Shown here: positions 53,839 to 62,143 of the stretch, piece after piece
Position numbering within the stretch: position 1 is the first letter of the stretch
How the letters are laid out: the number at the start of each line of letters is the position of its first letter
NCBI GenBank assembly: GCA_963697785.1
Contig: OY969098.1
Span: 1,107,386-1,171,385, forward strand
DNA length: 64,000 bases
Direction of reading: 5' to 3'
Origin: an uncultured Alphaproteobacteria bacterium
Lineage (GTDB): Bacteria > Pseudomonadota > Alphaproteobacteria > Rhizobiales > Beijerinckiaceae
Program-made: the position numbers and the translations under genes
The notes under the pieces: generated by a model
The model's database searches: none
What the model was told of the DNA's origin: nothing
Seen by the model: the letters and a program-made list of their open reading frames with translations, nothing else

Positions 53839-54609
53839 CTACCAACCAGAGCCCGCGAGAGGCTGCTCCAGCAGGAGTTCGCCGCCTCGGATCATGCCTT
53901 GGTAGAGTTGGACGTCCGCGGGATTGTCGATTTCACCCCACTGGCCGTAGGTGCCGAAGGTGCCCACGGGAACTGCCTTCGCGGCCAGCAGTCGGCGCAA
54001 TAATCCGGTCATGTCGAGACGGTCGCGGACCGGCGCGTCGAGCGTTGCCAGCAATGCTTCAACGGCAGCCCATGCGGTAGGCGTGAATTTGAGGAGGCCG
54101 ATGTACTGCCCCTCGATGTCCTCGATATTCGTCGTCTTGCCGCCGATCTCGAGCAATTCATGGGATGCATCCAGGCGGAAGGTCTCGGCGTCCGACAACG
54201 GATCGCTGAAGCGCCGCGCCCACAGGCGCTGCCATTCCCGATCGTAGCTAATGACGAGCGCTCCCGGCGCATTAGCCAGACCACGCACCAGGTCGCCTCG
54301 ATAGAATATATCAGCGTAGCTGACGATGACCGGCCCTGCGCGCAGCCATTCGGCCGCCGCCGCAAGCGACATTACCATGTTGGTTTCAGCCCATCGCGTG
54401 TTGTCAAAGTAGGACAGACGGGGAAAATTCAGCATCTCGGCGCGATAGCCGCGGACGATTCCTATTTCATCCACTCCGCCGCGTCGCAGCGCCGCTACTT
54501 GACGATCGAGCAGCGGCCTGCCGTCAAGCTCGACCAAACATTTCGGGCGGTTGTCGCCCAACGGCCCCATGCGGCTGCCGCGCCCGGCGGCCAGGATCAC
54601 GGCGCGCAT
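53839..54609 (-). CDS. LicC-like nucleotidyltransferase (Cj1416-like cytidylyltransferase candidate)
   Basis: MRAVILAAGRGSRMGPLGDNRPKCLVELDGRPLL. The start overlaps the upstream stop (TGATG at 54607-54611). Intact. Confidence 0.75.
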   Translation of the reverse strand: MRAVILAAGRGSRMGPLGDNRPKCLVELDGRPLLDRQVAALRRGGVDEIGIVRGYRAEMLNFPRLSYFDNTRWAETNMVMSLAAAAEWLRAGPVIVSYADIFYRGDLVRGLANAPGALVISYDREWQRLWARRFSDPLSDAETFRLDASHELLEIGGKTTNIEDIEGQYIGLLKFTPTAWAAVEALLATLDAPVRDRLDMTGLLRRLLAAKAVPVGTFGTYGQWGEIDNPADVQLYQGMIRGGELLLEQPLAGSGW

Positions 54610-55211
54610 CAAGCCGCCCTGAATACGCGGCGGAAGAGCGCGACATCGAAGTCCGCAAACGGAGTGTTTCGCTCCGGGTGCCACATGATCCCCGTGGTCG
54701 GCCGCCCCGAATCGCGTATCGCCTTGACGACGCCGTCGGCGGCAACCGCCCAGACCTCGAGGGGAGGGCGCGACTCGCGGGCGGCGAAGCGATGATAGCT
54801 GTTGACTTTCATGGGCTCACTGTCGATTTGAATGATTTGACTCTGGGTGACATGGCCTTCGACGCGAAGTAGCGGGATGGCGCATCGTTGCTGGATGAGC
54901 TGCATACCACGGCAAACCCCGAGGATGGGCAGGCCGCGGGATTCCGCCGCGTCCATGAGAGCGTTCTCGGTGGCGTCGCGCTCCGGCGCGTCTCCGCCGA
55001 GCGATGCGAGATCATTGCCTCCCGTCAATAGCAGGCCCGCAACATTCGAAGCGCTGAACATAGCTTGCGCTACGCCGGGAACGTTGGGCATCACCAACGG
55101 TAGTAGTCCGCAGACTGAGATGAATCGCGGCCAAGCCTGATCCAGGCAATCGCGACGCTCGCCATAAGCAGCAACGACCGTTACGCGTTGCGTAATCGCG
55201 ACGGTCTTCAT
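54609..55211 (-). CDS. class I glutamine amidotransferase / peptidase C26 hydrolase (Cj1417-like)
   Basis: GLLLTGGNDL, the nucleophile elbow GVCRGMQLI and GIMWHPER. ATGA overlap with the upstream gene at 55208-55211. Intact. Confidence 0.75.
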   Translation of the reverse strand: MKTVAITQRVTVVAAYGERRDCLDQAWPRFISVCGLLPLVMPNVPGVAQAMFSASNVAGLLLTGGNDLASLGGDAPERDATENALMDAAESRGLPILGVCRGMQLIQQRCAIPLLRVEGHVTQSQIIQIDSEPMKVNSYHRFAARESRPPLEVWAVAADGVVKAIRDSGRPTTGIMWHPERNTPFADFDVALFRRVFRAA

Positions 55212-58147
55212 GCGATCGGCAATACCTGTTGGTTGGTGCAGTCCAGGCACAGCTTCTGCGCGCTCTGCCAGCGCTTATACAGGGTTTCGCCAGCGCCGAT
55301 CACCGCCGGGATGCCGAGCTCGCCAGCGCGAATCGCCATGTGCGAGTTGGCGCCCCCGAACTGGGTGACGAAGCCGCTGATGTCGCGCGTAAAGATCCAG
55401 TCGAAACCCGGATCCGCACTCGGTACGAACAGTATCCGGCCCGCGAAGCTTTCCGGGGGATCGCCGACCGAGGCAATCGGCGCGGTAACGCTTTTGCGCG
55501 TGATGAAGTTGGGCTGACTTGGGGGCAAATGAAAAGCGAAGACTTCATTGGGCGCGGCGATGATGGGCGGCAGGAAGAGCTTGCGCGTCAGCGCATGCCG
55601 CTGTCTGCCGCGCGCGATGCTGTCGAGCAGCCGCTCTCGGACCGAACCGCTCTCGCTATACAGCGTGCGGATGGCATCGTAGTCGAGGAAAGCGCAATCC
55701 TCAACCGAGAGACCGTATTCCTCGCCTACCTGCCGAATCAGCGATAAAGCGTCGCTCAGACTGCGCGTGAACACGAACTTGGCGTACTCTCGGCCTTCTA
55801 TGCCGGCCTTGATGAACTCGATCAAACTCAGCACATCGATATCGAGCTGATGCTCCTTGAGCAGCTGCTCGATGCGTCGCAACTGCTCGATTGACAGCGC
55901 GAAGCGCGGCTGAGCGGACGAACTCGCGCGGGCTTTTGACCAGTCCAAATACAGGTCGGGCGCCTCATCGTAACGAGGCGACAAAATATCGTACGTGCCC
56001 GGCCGCAGGTGGCCGTAGCGCGCCAAGAACTCTTCCTTGCTCAAGTGAGCGAAATCGTGACCGATCCGCGACCCGACAGTGTCGACGCTGGCCATGAACG
56101 TCGTGTGCTCTTCATTATCGAGAACGCCGGCCGCGACGAAGGACTGAAGCAGCTGCACGGCGATGAATCCGGCGCGTGCCAGCCCGGCAAAGGGCAAGGT
56201 TCCGTAGCGTTTGCAGTCCTCGATAAGCCAGTAGATGCGGCTGATTTTGTCGATCTTGGCGTTGGCGATCATCGGCAGGCGCTGAGCCAACAGATCGATC
56301 TTCCCGCGATCGCGCCGCCACAACGCCGTCTCACCGTGGATGATGCGATTGGTGAGACGCCGCAATGCGTCCGACAGTTCGGTGATGTCCGCTTGCGAGA
56401 AGCCGTTCTGCGCCAGCTTGCCAAGCCGCTGCGGCAAATCGAGCGTGTAGCATGAAAAGATGATCTCGAATTCCACCTTGTCGTGCAGCTGCGGTTCGGC
56501 CAATAGTCGATCGATGTAGTAATTCACTAAGCGTCCGGCGAGATCGTTCGGCAGGTCGCGCGGTACGAAGGAATTGAAGCTGACGCGCACGTCGATATAA
56601 GGCAAGCCGTGGAAGCTCACCAATAGCGGGAAGCTGCGCAAATTCTGATAACCGTAATTATCGCGCTGATACGCCCAGATCGCATCGGTGACTAGTTCGC
56701 GATACAACGACAATGACAGCGGCCAGGGTCGCAGGCCTATGATCTCCGCCGGGTTCCAATCCGGCATTACGCCGAAAATCGAGCGTGTGCCGTGCAGAAA
56801 GGGATGCGGACGGCTGAGCAGTTCGACCTTACGAGCCACGTCGGCCAGCGCAGTGTCGACTTTCGCGTCAGCGGCCGTTTCCACGCGGTCTACTGAAAGG
56901 CGGCGGACTTGCAGCAGATAGATTTGCCCGTGGCCATCGATCGCGAATTCCACGTCGATTGCATCGCAGCCAAACAGGCTCTCTAGTTCGCCGACCAGCG
57001 CGAGGACCGGAGCCAAGGCCCCGGGGCAGGCGTCAATGCGCGATTTGAGGCAGAAGAAAGTCTCGAGATTGTCTCCCACCCCACTGGTCACGCGATCCGT
57101 ACGGCCCGACCGATCGTCGTAGTTGACGATGTAGTACGGCCCGCCACCGCTGGGCGGGCGGGAAAAGGCCACGCCGGCCATGGCGACGCCTTCGAGCATA
57201 GGTTGCAGGAAAACTTGGTCCTGCAAGCTTCCCCCGTCGGCAAATGAAGCGATGACCGTTTCGATCGCTTGCGCGATGTCAGCGCTACCCAGAACTCCGA
57301 GCACCGAATCGTAACGTCCGGCCTGGGAACGCGTCGGACCATCCTCGCCCTGCGCGCTGCTGCGGACGATGACGGGGCGGGAGCTCCAGCGCTCGGCTGC
57401 AATCAGGGCCAGCACTGCGGCGCGATCGGTTTGCCACTCGGCCACCGAGAAACGGATTTGCGGCAGGATCCGCGCAGTGCGCAGGCGCGGTGCCAGGATC
57501 TCCAGGGTCTCGGCCTTGGTGCCAAAGCGTATGCCAGCTGGGCGCTTGGTGCTGCCTGTGTCGCGCGCGACACATTCCAGCCAGATGCGGTCCACTGCGG
57601 CGATGCTGTCGAGTTCCCCAAAGTTGTCCAACGTCAGGTCAGGCGCCTCCGGCAGCTCCGCTGGCACATCGAGCCCTACGACATCGCGCAGATCCCCTCG
57701 CTGAGCTGCGGCGTAGATGCCTTTAGCGTCCCGCCGCCGCAATTCGTCCAGCGGTACTCGAAGGTAAATCTCCCAATAACCCGGAATGTTTTCGCGATTC
57801 CAGCGCTGAACTTCATGAAACATTGAAATGGTCGAGCAGATGACGTCTTGGCCCTGGCTGGAGAGCAGCTTGCATAGTCGGGCGTTGCGCATCGCCGATT
57901 TGCGCCGGCTGGCGGTGCTATGACCGAGATCTTCGGAGATCACTTCGCGCAGGGCGTCGCCATCCAGAAAAATGACCGCGCGGCCCGCGGCGCGCAGCCG
58001 ACGCCCAAGCTCGCTGCCAACCGTAGTTTTACCCGCGCCCGACAATCCGGTAATCCAGAACACTTGGCCCGTGCAGGTTTGGGCGTCGGCGGCATCCGGC
58101 GGGCTGGCATGCCTCGAAACTACGTTTGTGTGTCTAAGCGCTCCCAT
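55208..58147 (-). CDS. fusion protein: APS-kinase-like P-loop kinase (aa ~25-185) + PEP/pyruvate-binding ATP-grasp domain + PEP-utilising swivel His domain (Cj1415-like + Cj1418-like)
   Basis: Intact 979 aa. VFWITGLSGAGKTTVGSEL, FLDGDALR and RRRDAKGIYAAAQRGDL form the APS-kinase fold. FGTKAETLEIL and VRSSAQGEDGPTRSQAGRYDSV form the PPDK_N-like part. TQFGGANSHMAIRAGELGIPAVIGAG is the mobile His domain. Confidence 0.85.
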   Translation of the reverse strand: MGALRHTNVVSRHASPPDAADAQTCTGQVFWITGLSGAGKTTVGSELGRRLRAAGRAVIFLDGDALREVISEDLGHSTASRRKSAMRNARLCKLLSSQGQDVICSTISMFHEVQRWNRENIPGYWEIYLRVPLDELRRRDAKGIYAAAQRGDLRDVVGLDVPAELPEAPDLTLDNFGELDSIAAVDRIWLECVARDTGSTKRPAGIRFGTKAETLEILAPRLRTARILPQIRFSVAEWQTDRAAVLALIAAERWSSRPVIVRSSAQGEDGPTRSQAGRYDSVLGVLGSADIAQAIETVIASFADGGSLQDQVFLQPMLEGVAMAGVAFSRPPSGGGPYYIVNYDDRSGRTDRVTSGVGDNLETFFCLKSRIDACPGALAPVLALVGELESLFGCDAIDVEFAIDGHGQIYLLQVRRLSVDRVETAADAKVDTALADVARKVELLSRPHPFLHGTRSIFGVMPDWNPAEIIGLRPWPLSLSLYRELVTDAIWAYQRDNYGYQNLRSFPLLVSFHGLPYIDVRVSFNSFVPRDLPNDLAGRLVNYYIDRLLAEPQLHDKVEFEIIFSCYTLDLPQRLGKLAQNGFSQADITELSDALRRLTNRIIHGETALWRRDRGKIDLLAQRLPMIANAKIDKISRIYWLIEDCKRYGTLPFAGLARAGFIAVQLLQSFVAAGVLDNEEHTTFMASVDTVGSRIGHDFAHLSKEEFLARYGHLRPGTYDILSPRYDEAPDLYLDWSKARASSSAQPRFALSIEQLRRIEQLLKEHQLDIDVLSLIEFIKAGIEGREYAKFVFTRSLSDALSLIRQVGEEYGLSVEDCAFLDYDAIRTLYSESGSVRERLLDSIARGRQRHALTRKLFLPPIIAAPNEVFAFHLPPSQPNFITRKSVTAPIASVGDPPESFAGRILFVPSADPGFDWIFTRDISGFVTQFGGANSHMAIRAGELGIPAVIGAGETLYKRWQSAQKLCLDCTNQQVLPIA

Positions 58148-58153
58148 CTCCCC

Positions 58154-58299
58154 CTCAGTTTACGGTGGTTAGTCCCTCTCAGTTTATGGTGGTTGGATGT
58201 TTTATCGAAATGTCACGCACCTGTCATGTGCGGCTCACGGTTGTTCGTTATTTTCTCGAAGTGTCACAGAAAATGTCACGGACCTGTCATGTGCGGCTC
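58154..58299. promoter_or_regulatory. two pairs of direct repeats in the divergent intergenic region
   Basis: CTCAGTTTA(C/T)GGTGGTT at 58154 and 58178. AAATGTCACG(C/G)ACCTGTCATGTGCGGCTC at 58208 and 58271. TGTCAC/TGTCAT half-sites recur 5 times. Confidence 0.4.
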
Positions 58300-58420
58300 T
58301 TCACGGACGGGGGGAACCGCCAAATCTTGAGCGTAATCAAGCGCGATTTTCCTCCAACGTCGGGTAGTGCGAGGGCTAACTGCCGGCAGGGTTTTCTTTA
58401 GGTTGCGAGTGCGCTACCGA

Positions 58421-59671
58421 ATGAATATGGCAGCGACCTTTAAGGAGGAAAAACTTTTGCAGGACGCTCGGGCACTGTATTGTGCCGAGCAAAATAAAGA
58501 CTTGCGCTCTCTCATAGCCAGAAAAATTGAAGATCTTCGGTCATACGATGTCCTTAACATGGATAGAGCCGTCGCAGTTTGCCATTGGGGCAGAAGCGGG
58601 TCGTTTCTTGCGTGCAGCTACCTTGATGGACATGAAGACGTGCTGCAACTTCCGCCGCGTTTTTGCGAAGAAATCTATCAATTCTTTGACAATTATCAGT
58701 CGTTGTCTCTGCACGACAAGCTGATCATCTACCCGATCGTCACAGATCGTTTTGTAGGAAATTTTCCGATCGCTGCAGGAGATTATTACGCGGCAGTAAC
58801 TGCCATATCTGAGATTTACGGGGATTTTTCGCCGCAACGTCTCGAAACTAGTCGGGCATTCTGTCAATTTATACACGTTGCCCACGGCTTAGCCCTCGGT
58901 CGACGTCCGTCCAGTCCGCACCCCTTGATGGTGTACTCGATGCATTGGTGGGATAAAGCTTTGGCGCCTCGCTTTTTGGCGGACTTTCCGCAGGCTCGCT
59001 TTCTCCATACAGTTCGGGATCCAATCACAACCTACGACCGCTCATTCGAACATTTTGGAATAGCCGATAGGAACGAAGAAGCCTGCTGGCAGTGGATCCG
59101 TTATTTAGAGAAAGCAGACCACCCTCATCCAGGGATGGAAGCATGCACATGCGCAATTCGGTTTGAAGACTTACATAATAAGACAGCGGAAACGATAGGC
59201 CGGCTTGCGGAGTGGCTGAAGCTTCCTCGCCATGCATCGTTGTTGGAAAGTACTTTTAACGGTATGCCCTATGTCGTTGAACGGGCTGGCGTCGCATGGT
59301 CGGGACCTCGCCCCGAGCAAGCGCAGCGGTTTTTGAGCAACATTTCACTCATCGACCAAGCGCTGCTGTTCGCGTTGTTTTATGAAAACTTCGTCGCTTG
59401 GAATTACCCTTGTCCTAAAATTTTTAGACATACATTAGTGCGCGGATTCACGTGTATGCTGCTCTTTCCCGTTCCATGGAAAGCAGAAATAATTAGCGCC
59501 CGCGCGACCATCAGACGCCGCGTGGTTCCGTCTTTGAGGCATCGACGCTTTCGGCTTGCTTTCAGGGAACTATCGGGGGTGTTTAGGCGCCGGCTTTTTA
59601 TAATGTGGTTGGTAACCTCGGAAATCTGTCGGCGGCTTATTTTTGGAAAGACTGTTTTGAAAATACTGTGA
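58421..59671 (+). CDS. sulfotransferase-fold protein
   Basis: The 5'-PSB-like motif is AVCHWGRSGSFLACSYLDG. The 3'-PB-like motif is ARFLHTVRDPITTYDRSF. Intact. GC is lower than in the neighbours. The start (ATG 58421 or 58427) is uncertain. Confidence 0.55.
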   Translation: MNMAATFKEEKLLQDARALYCAEQNKDLRSLIARKIEDLRSYDVLNMDRAVAVCHWGRSGSFLACSYLDGHEDVLQLPPRFCEEIYQFFDNYQSLSLHDKLIIYPIVTDRFVGNFPIAAGDYYAAVTAISEIYGDFSPQRLETSRAFCQFIHVAHGLALGRRPSSPHPLMVYSMHWWDKALAPRFLADFPQARFLHTVRDPITTYDRSFEHFGIADRNEEACWQWIRYLEKADHPHPGMEACTCAIRFEDLHNKTAETIGRLAEWLKLPRHASLLESTFNGMPYVVERAGVAWSGPRPEQAQRFLSNISLIDQALLFALFYENFVAWNYPCPKIFRHTLVRGFTCMLLFPVPWKAEIISARATIRRRVVPSLRHRRFRLAFRELSGVFRRRLFIMWLVTSEICRRLIFGKTVLKIL

Positions 59672-59789
59672 CTATGGGGTCGTCCTCACGAGAGCGCGAC
59701 CCGGCATTTCTGGGCTCCCAAAAGCCATTCTCACGGAGTTCGGTGAGGACTAGCAATTATAACTAGGCTCCGAACCAAAAAGGGGAACG

Positions 59790-60190
59790 CCGATAAATCG
59801 CGATTTTTTCTGGCTGACGAAGGATCAGTTTGGGCGGCTTAAGCCGTTGTCGCCGACCGACACGCCGTGGCAAGCCTCGGTATGTTCGGCGAGTCATCAG
59901 TGGCATTGTGCACGTCCCTGAAGTGCGGCGGTAGGTGGATCGATGCACCACTACGGCCCCGCAAGACGCTCTATAACTGCTTTGTCCGCTGGGCGGCGAA
60001 AGGCGGCGATGTTTTCCATGCTCTGGCCTCGGCCGGCGGCCCCGCCAGCGGAGATCCTGATCGATAGTTCAGCGGTTAGGGCGTTTCGCTGTGCCTCTGG
60101 CGGCAAAAGCGGGAACACAATCCGGCGATCGGCCGCTGGCGTGGCCGACGCACCACCAAGATCGACGCCCGCCGGCTCAAGGTGCGATAA
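59790..60190 (+). mobile_element. IS5-family (IS427-group-like) transposase OrfA remnant, frame-disrupted, no start codon
   Basis: INRDFFWLTKDQFGRLKPL, GGRWIDAPLRPRKTLYNCFVRWAAKGG and AIGRWRGRRTTKI in shifting frames. Confidence 0.6.
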
Positions 60191-60330
60191 GGCTGATTAA
60201 CGAGCCCCCTATGTCGTGGGGCTTGCGCGAAAAGGGCTCTTCAAGCCCCCCGAACTCGAGCGCCATCGTTCGACGATCGGCGAGTATCTTTTAGAGCGAA
60301 CGAGCTGAACTTCAAAGTCAACTTCCCGCA

Positions 60331-61773
60331 ATGAAAAAACGCATCGCTGCAGCGGCTGCACTGACACTAGCGGGCCTTGCGCCTGCAGCCTCGGTCGCGC
60401 AGATCATAGCCGCGTCCGACCAAGTGGCTTTCAAATATCCGCTGAAGGTGTCGGGCAACCACCGCTATCTGGTCGATCAAAACAACAAGCCTTTTATGAT
60501 CGTCGGCAATTCGGGACAGACCTATGTGGCCACGTCCAACTATCGCGACGTGCGAACTTACTTCGCAACCCGAGCGCAGCAAGGTTTCAATAGCGTTGCC
60601 TTCTTCGCCCTCTGCAACAAGAAAGTATTTGCGACATGTAGAGCCGACGCCGCAAGTTTTGATGGAATAAAGCCCTTCACGACGCTGCTCCCCGGTCATT
60701 CCGCGCCCGATTACGACGTCTCAAAGCCCAACGAAGCCTATTGGAAGCGCGTCGACAGCTTCGCGAACCTCGCGGCGCAATTCGGCCTGGTCGTTTTTTT
60801 CAACCCCGCGGAAACGGTTGGATTTTACGACGTCCTCAGTCTCAACTCGGCGGCGCAAGTGCAAGCCTACGGAACTTTCCTTGGCAACCGCTTCAAGAAC
60901 TACCCCAACGTCGTCTGGTTCATGGGCAATGATTTCGGCTTCGGCGCATTTCCCTCGAAAGTGGAGGACGATGTCGTGACGCGGCTGGCGCTGGCAATCA
61001 AGGCAGCCGATCCAAATCACCTCATGACGGTCGAACTGACCTACTTGCTCAGTTCCGCCTGTGATGATTCCACCTGGTGCTCGATCGTCGATCTCAACAG
61101 TTCCTATACGTACGGGCCAGCCTACGGCGAGGATCTTTATTCCTACAATCATTCGCCAACGAAGCCTTCCTTCCTTGTCGAAACCAATTATGACGAAGCC
61201 ACTTGCGGCGCCAACGACGGGCAGGCACCCACCAATCAGAACATGAGGTTTCAGGAATATTGGACGATGCTTTCCGGCATGACCGGCCAGCTTTACGGCG
61301 ATGATTGCGTTTGTCCAGCAACCAACAACTGGCTCAAGCATCTCTCAACGACGGCCGTCACGCAGTTTGGATATCTCACTCAGCTATTCAATTCCGTCCC
61401 TTGGTGGAACCTGGTACCGGATCAGAGGCATATAATCGTGACCGCCGGATACGGAATGAACGATGCTCAGGTTACCGGCAACAACGCCGACTTGCCGACG
61501 CTGACAAGGACATTGAACGCGGATAATTACGTGACGTCGGCCGCGACCCCGGATGGCAGGCTGGCGATGGCTTACTTGCCGGCCGGCGGCACGCTCACGG
61601 TTGCAATGGGGACCTTCGCCGGGCCGGTTACCGCAAAGTGGTTCGATCCGACCAACAATTCGTTCACGACGATCTCTGGCTCGCCGTTTTCGAACAGCGG
61701 CAGCCATGGCTTTACGACGCCGCCGAAAAATAGCGGGGGTGACAGCGATTTCGTGCTTGTCTTAACGCACTGA
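60331..61773 (+). CDS. secreted DUF4038/GH140-like glycoside hydrolase with C-terminal collagenase-type binding domain
   Basis: Signal peptide MKKRIAAAAALTLAGLAPAASVA. HRYLVDQNNKPFMIVGNSGQ..RAQQGFNSV, and the C-terminal RLAMAYLPAGGTLTV..AKWFDPTNN. Intact. Confidence 0.6.
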   Translation: MKKRIAAAAALTLAGLAPAASVAQIIAASDQVAFKYPLKVSGNHRYLVDQNNKPFMIVGNSGQTYVATSNYRDVRTYFATRAQQGFNSVAFFALCNKKVFATCRADAASFDGIKPFTTLLPGHSAPDYDVSKPNEAYWKRVDSFANLAAQFGLVVFFNPAETVGFYDVLSLNSAAQVQAYGTFLGNRFKNYPNVVWFMGNDFGFGAFPSKVEDDVVTRLALAIKAADPNHLMTVELTYLLSSACDDSTWCSIVDLNSSYTYGPAYGEDLYSYNHSPTKPSFLVETNYDEATCGANDGQAPTNQNMRFQEYWTMLSGMTGQLYGDDCVCPATNNWLKHLSTTAVTQFGYLTQLFNSVPWWNLVPDQRHIIVTAGYGMNDAQVTGNNADLPTLTRTLNADNYVTSAATPDGRLAMAYLPAGGTLTVAMGTFAGPVTAKWFDPTNNSFTTISGSPFSNSGSHGFTTPPKNSGGDSDFVLVLTH

Positions 61774-62143
61774 GATATCGCGGCTGTACTCTAAAAGATG
61801 GATGGATGGCGCATTTGGCCGTTTGAGGGGCAGGGATCGACCGAACGCTCGGCAGTCGAGGATCGAAAGGTTCTTTTGGCGCCCTGGCAGAGAAGCGGCT
61901 GATGCGCGCGAAAGGAGGGACGTCGTCCTACTGCGACCCGTTTACGATTGACCTTGGGGGCGGTAGATAAACATTCTAACTGCCGATCTGGCTTAGCGAG
62001 TTTGCTCCGAGGCATCCTATGCGTCTAATTTAGAGACGGAACTGTACGCGGAAGTGGCGCTCAACATTGTTTCGATCTCTCGAAACTTGCGCGTGAGCGC
62101 CCACAGAACTCGGTCCCTGGCGAGGGCCAAGAAATGGTAGGAA

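Noticed and set aside
55208-55760. The APS-kinase-like domain could be ordinary CysC for sulfate assimilation or for PAPS supply to the neighbouring sulfotransferase-fold protein.
   Set aside because: No ATP sulfurylase (CysD/N) or PAPS reductase is nearby. The domain is fused to, and operonic with, the complete Cj1416-1418-type set. I keep it as the stated alternative in the findings rather than as the primary call.
58205-58300. Possible CRISPR array or mini-array, because a ~29-bp repeat recurs with a ~35-bp spacer.
   Set aside because: There are only two copies, no cas genes are in the window, and the repeats sit in a divergent promoter region. A regulatory-site interpretation is more economical.
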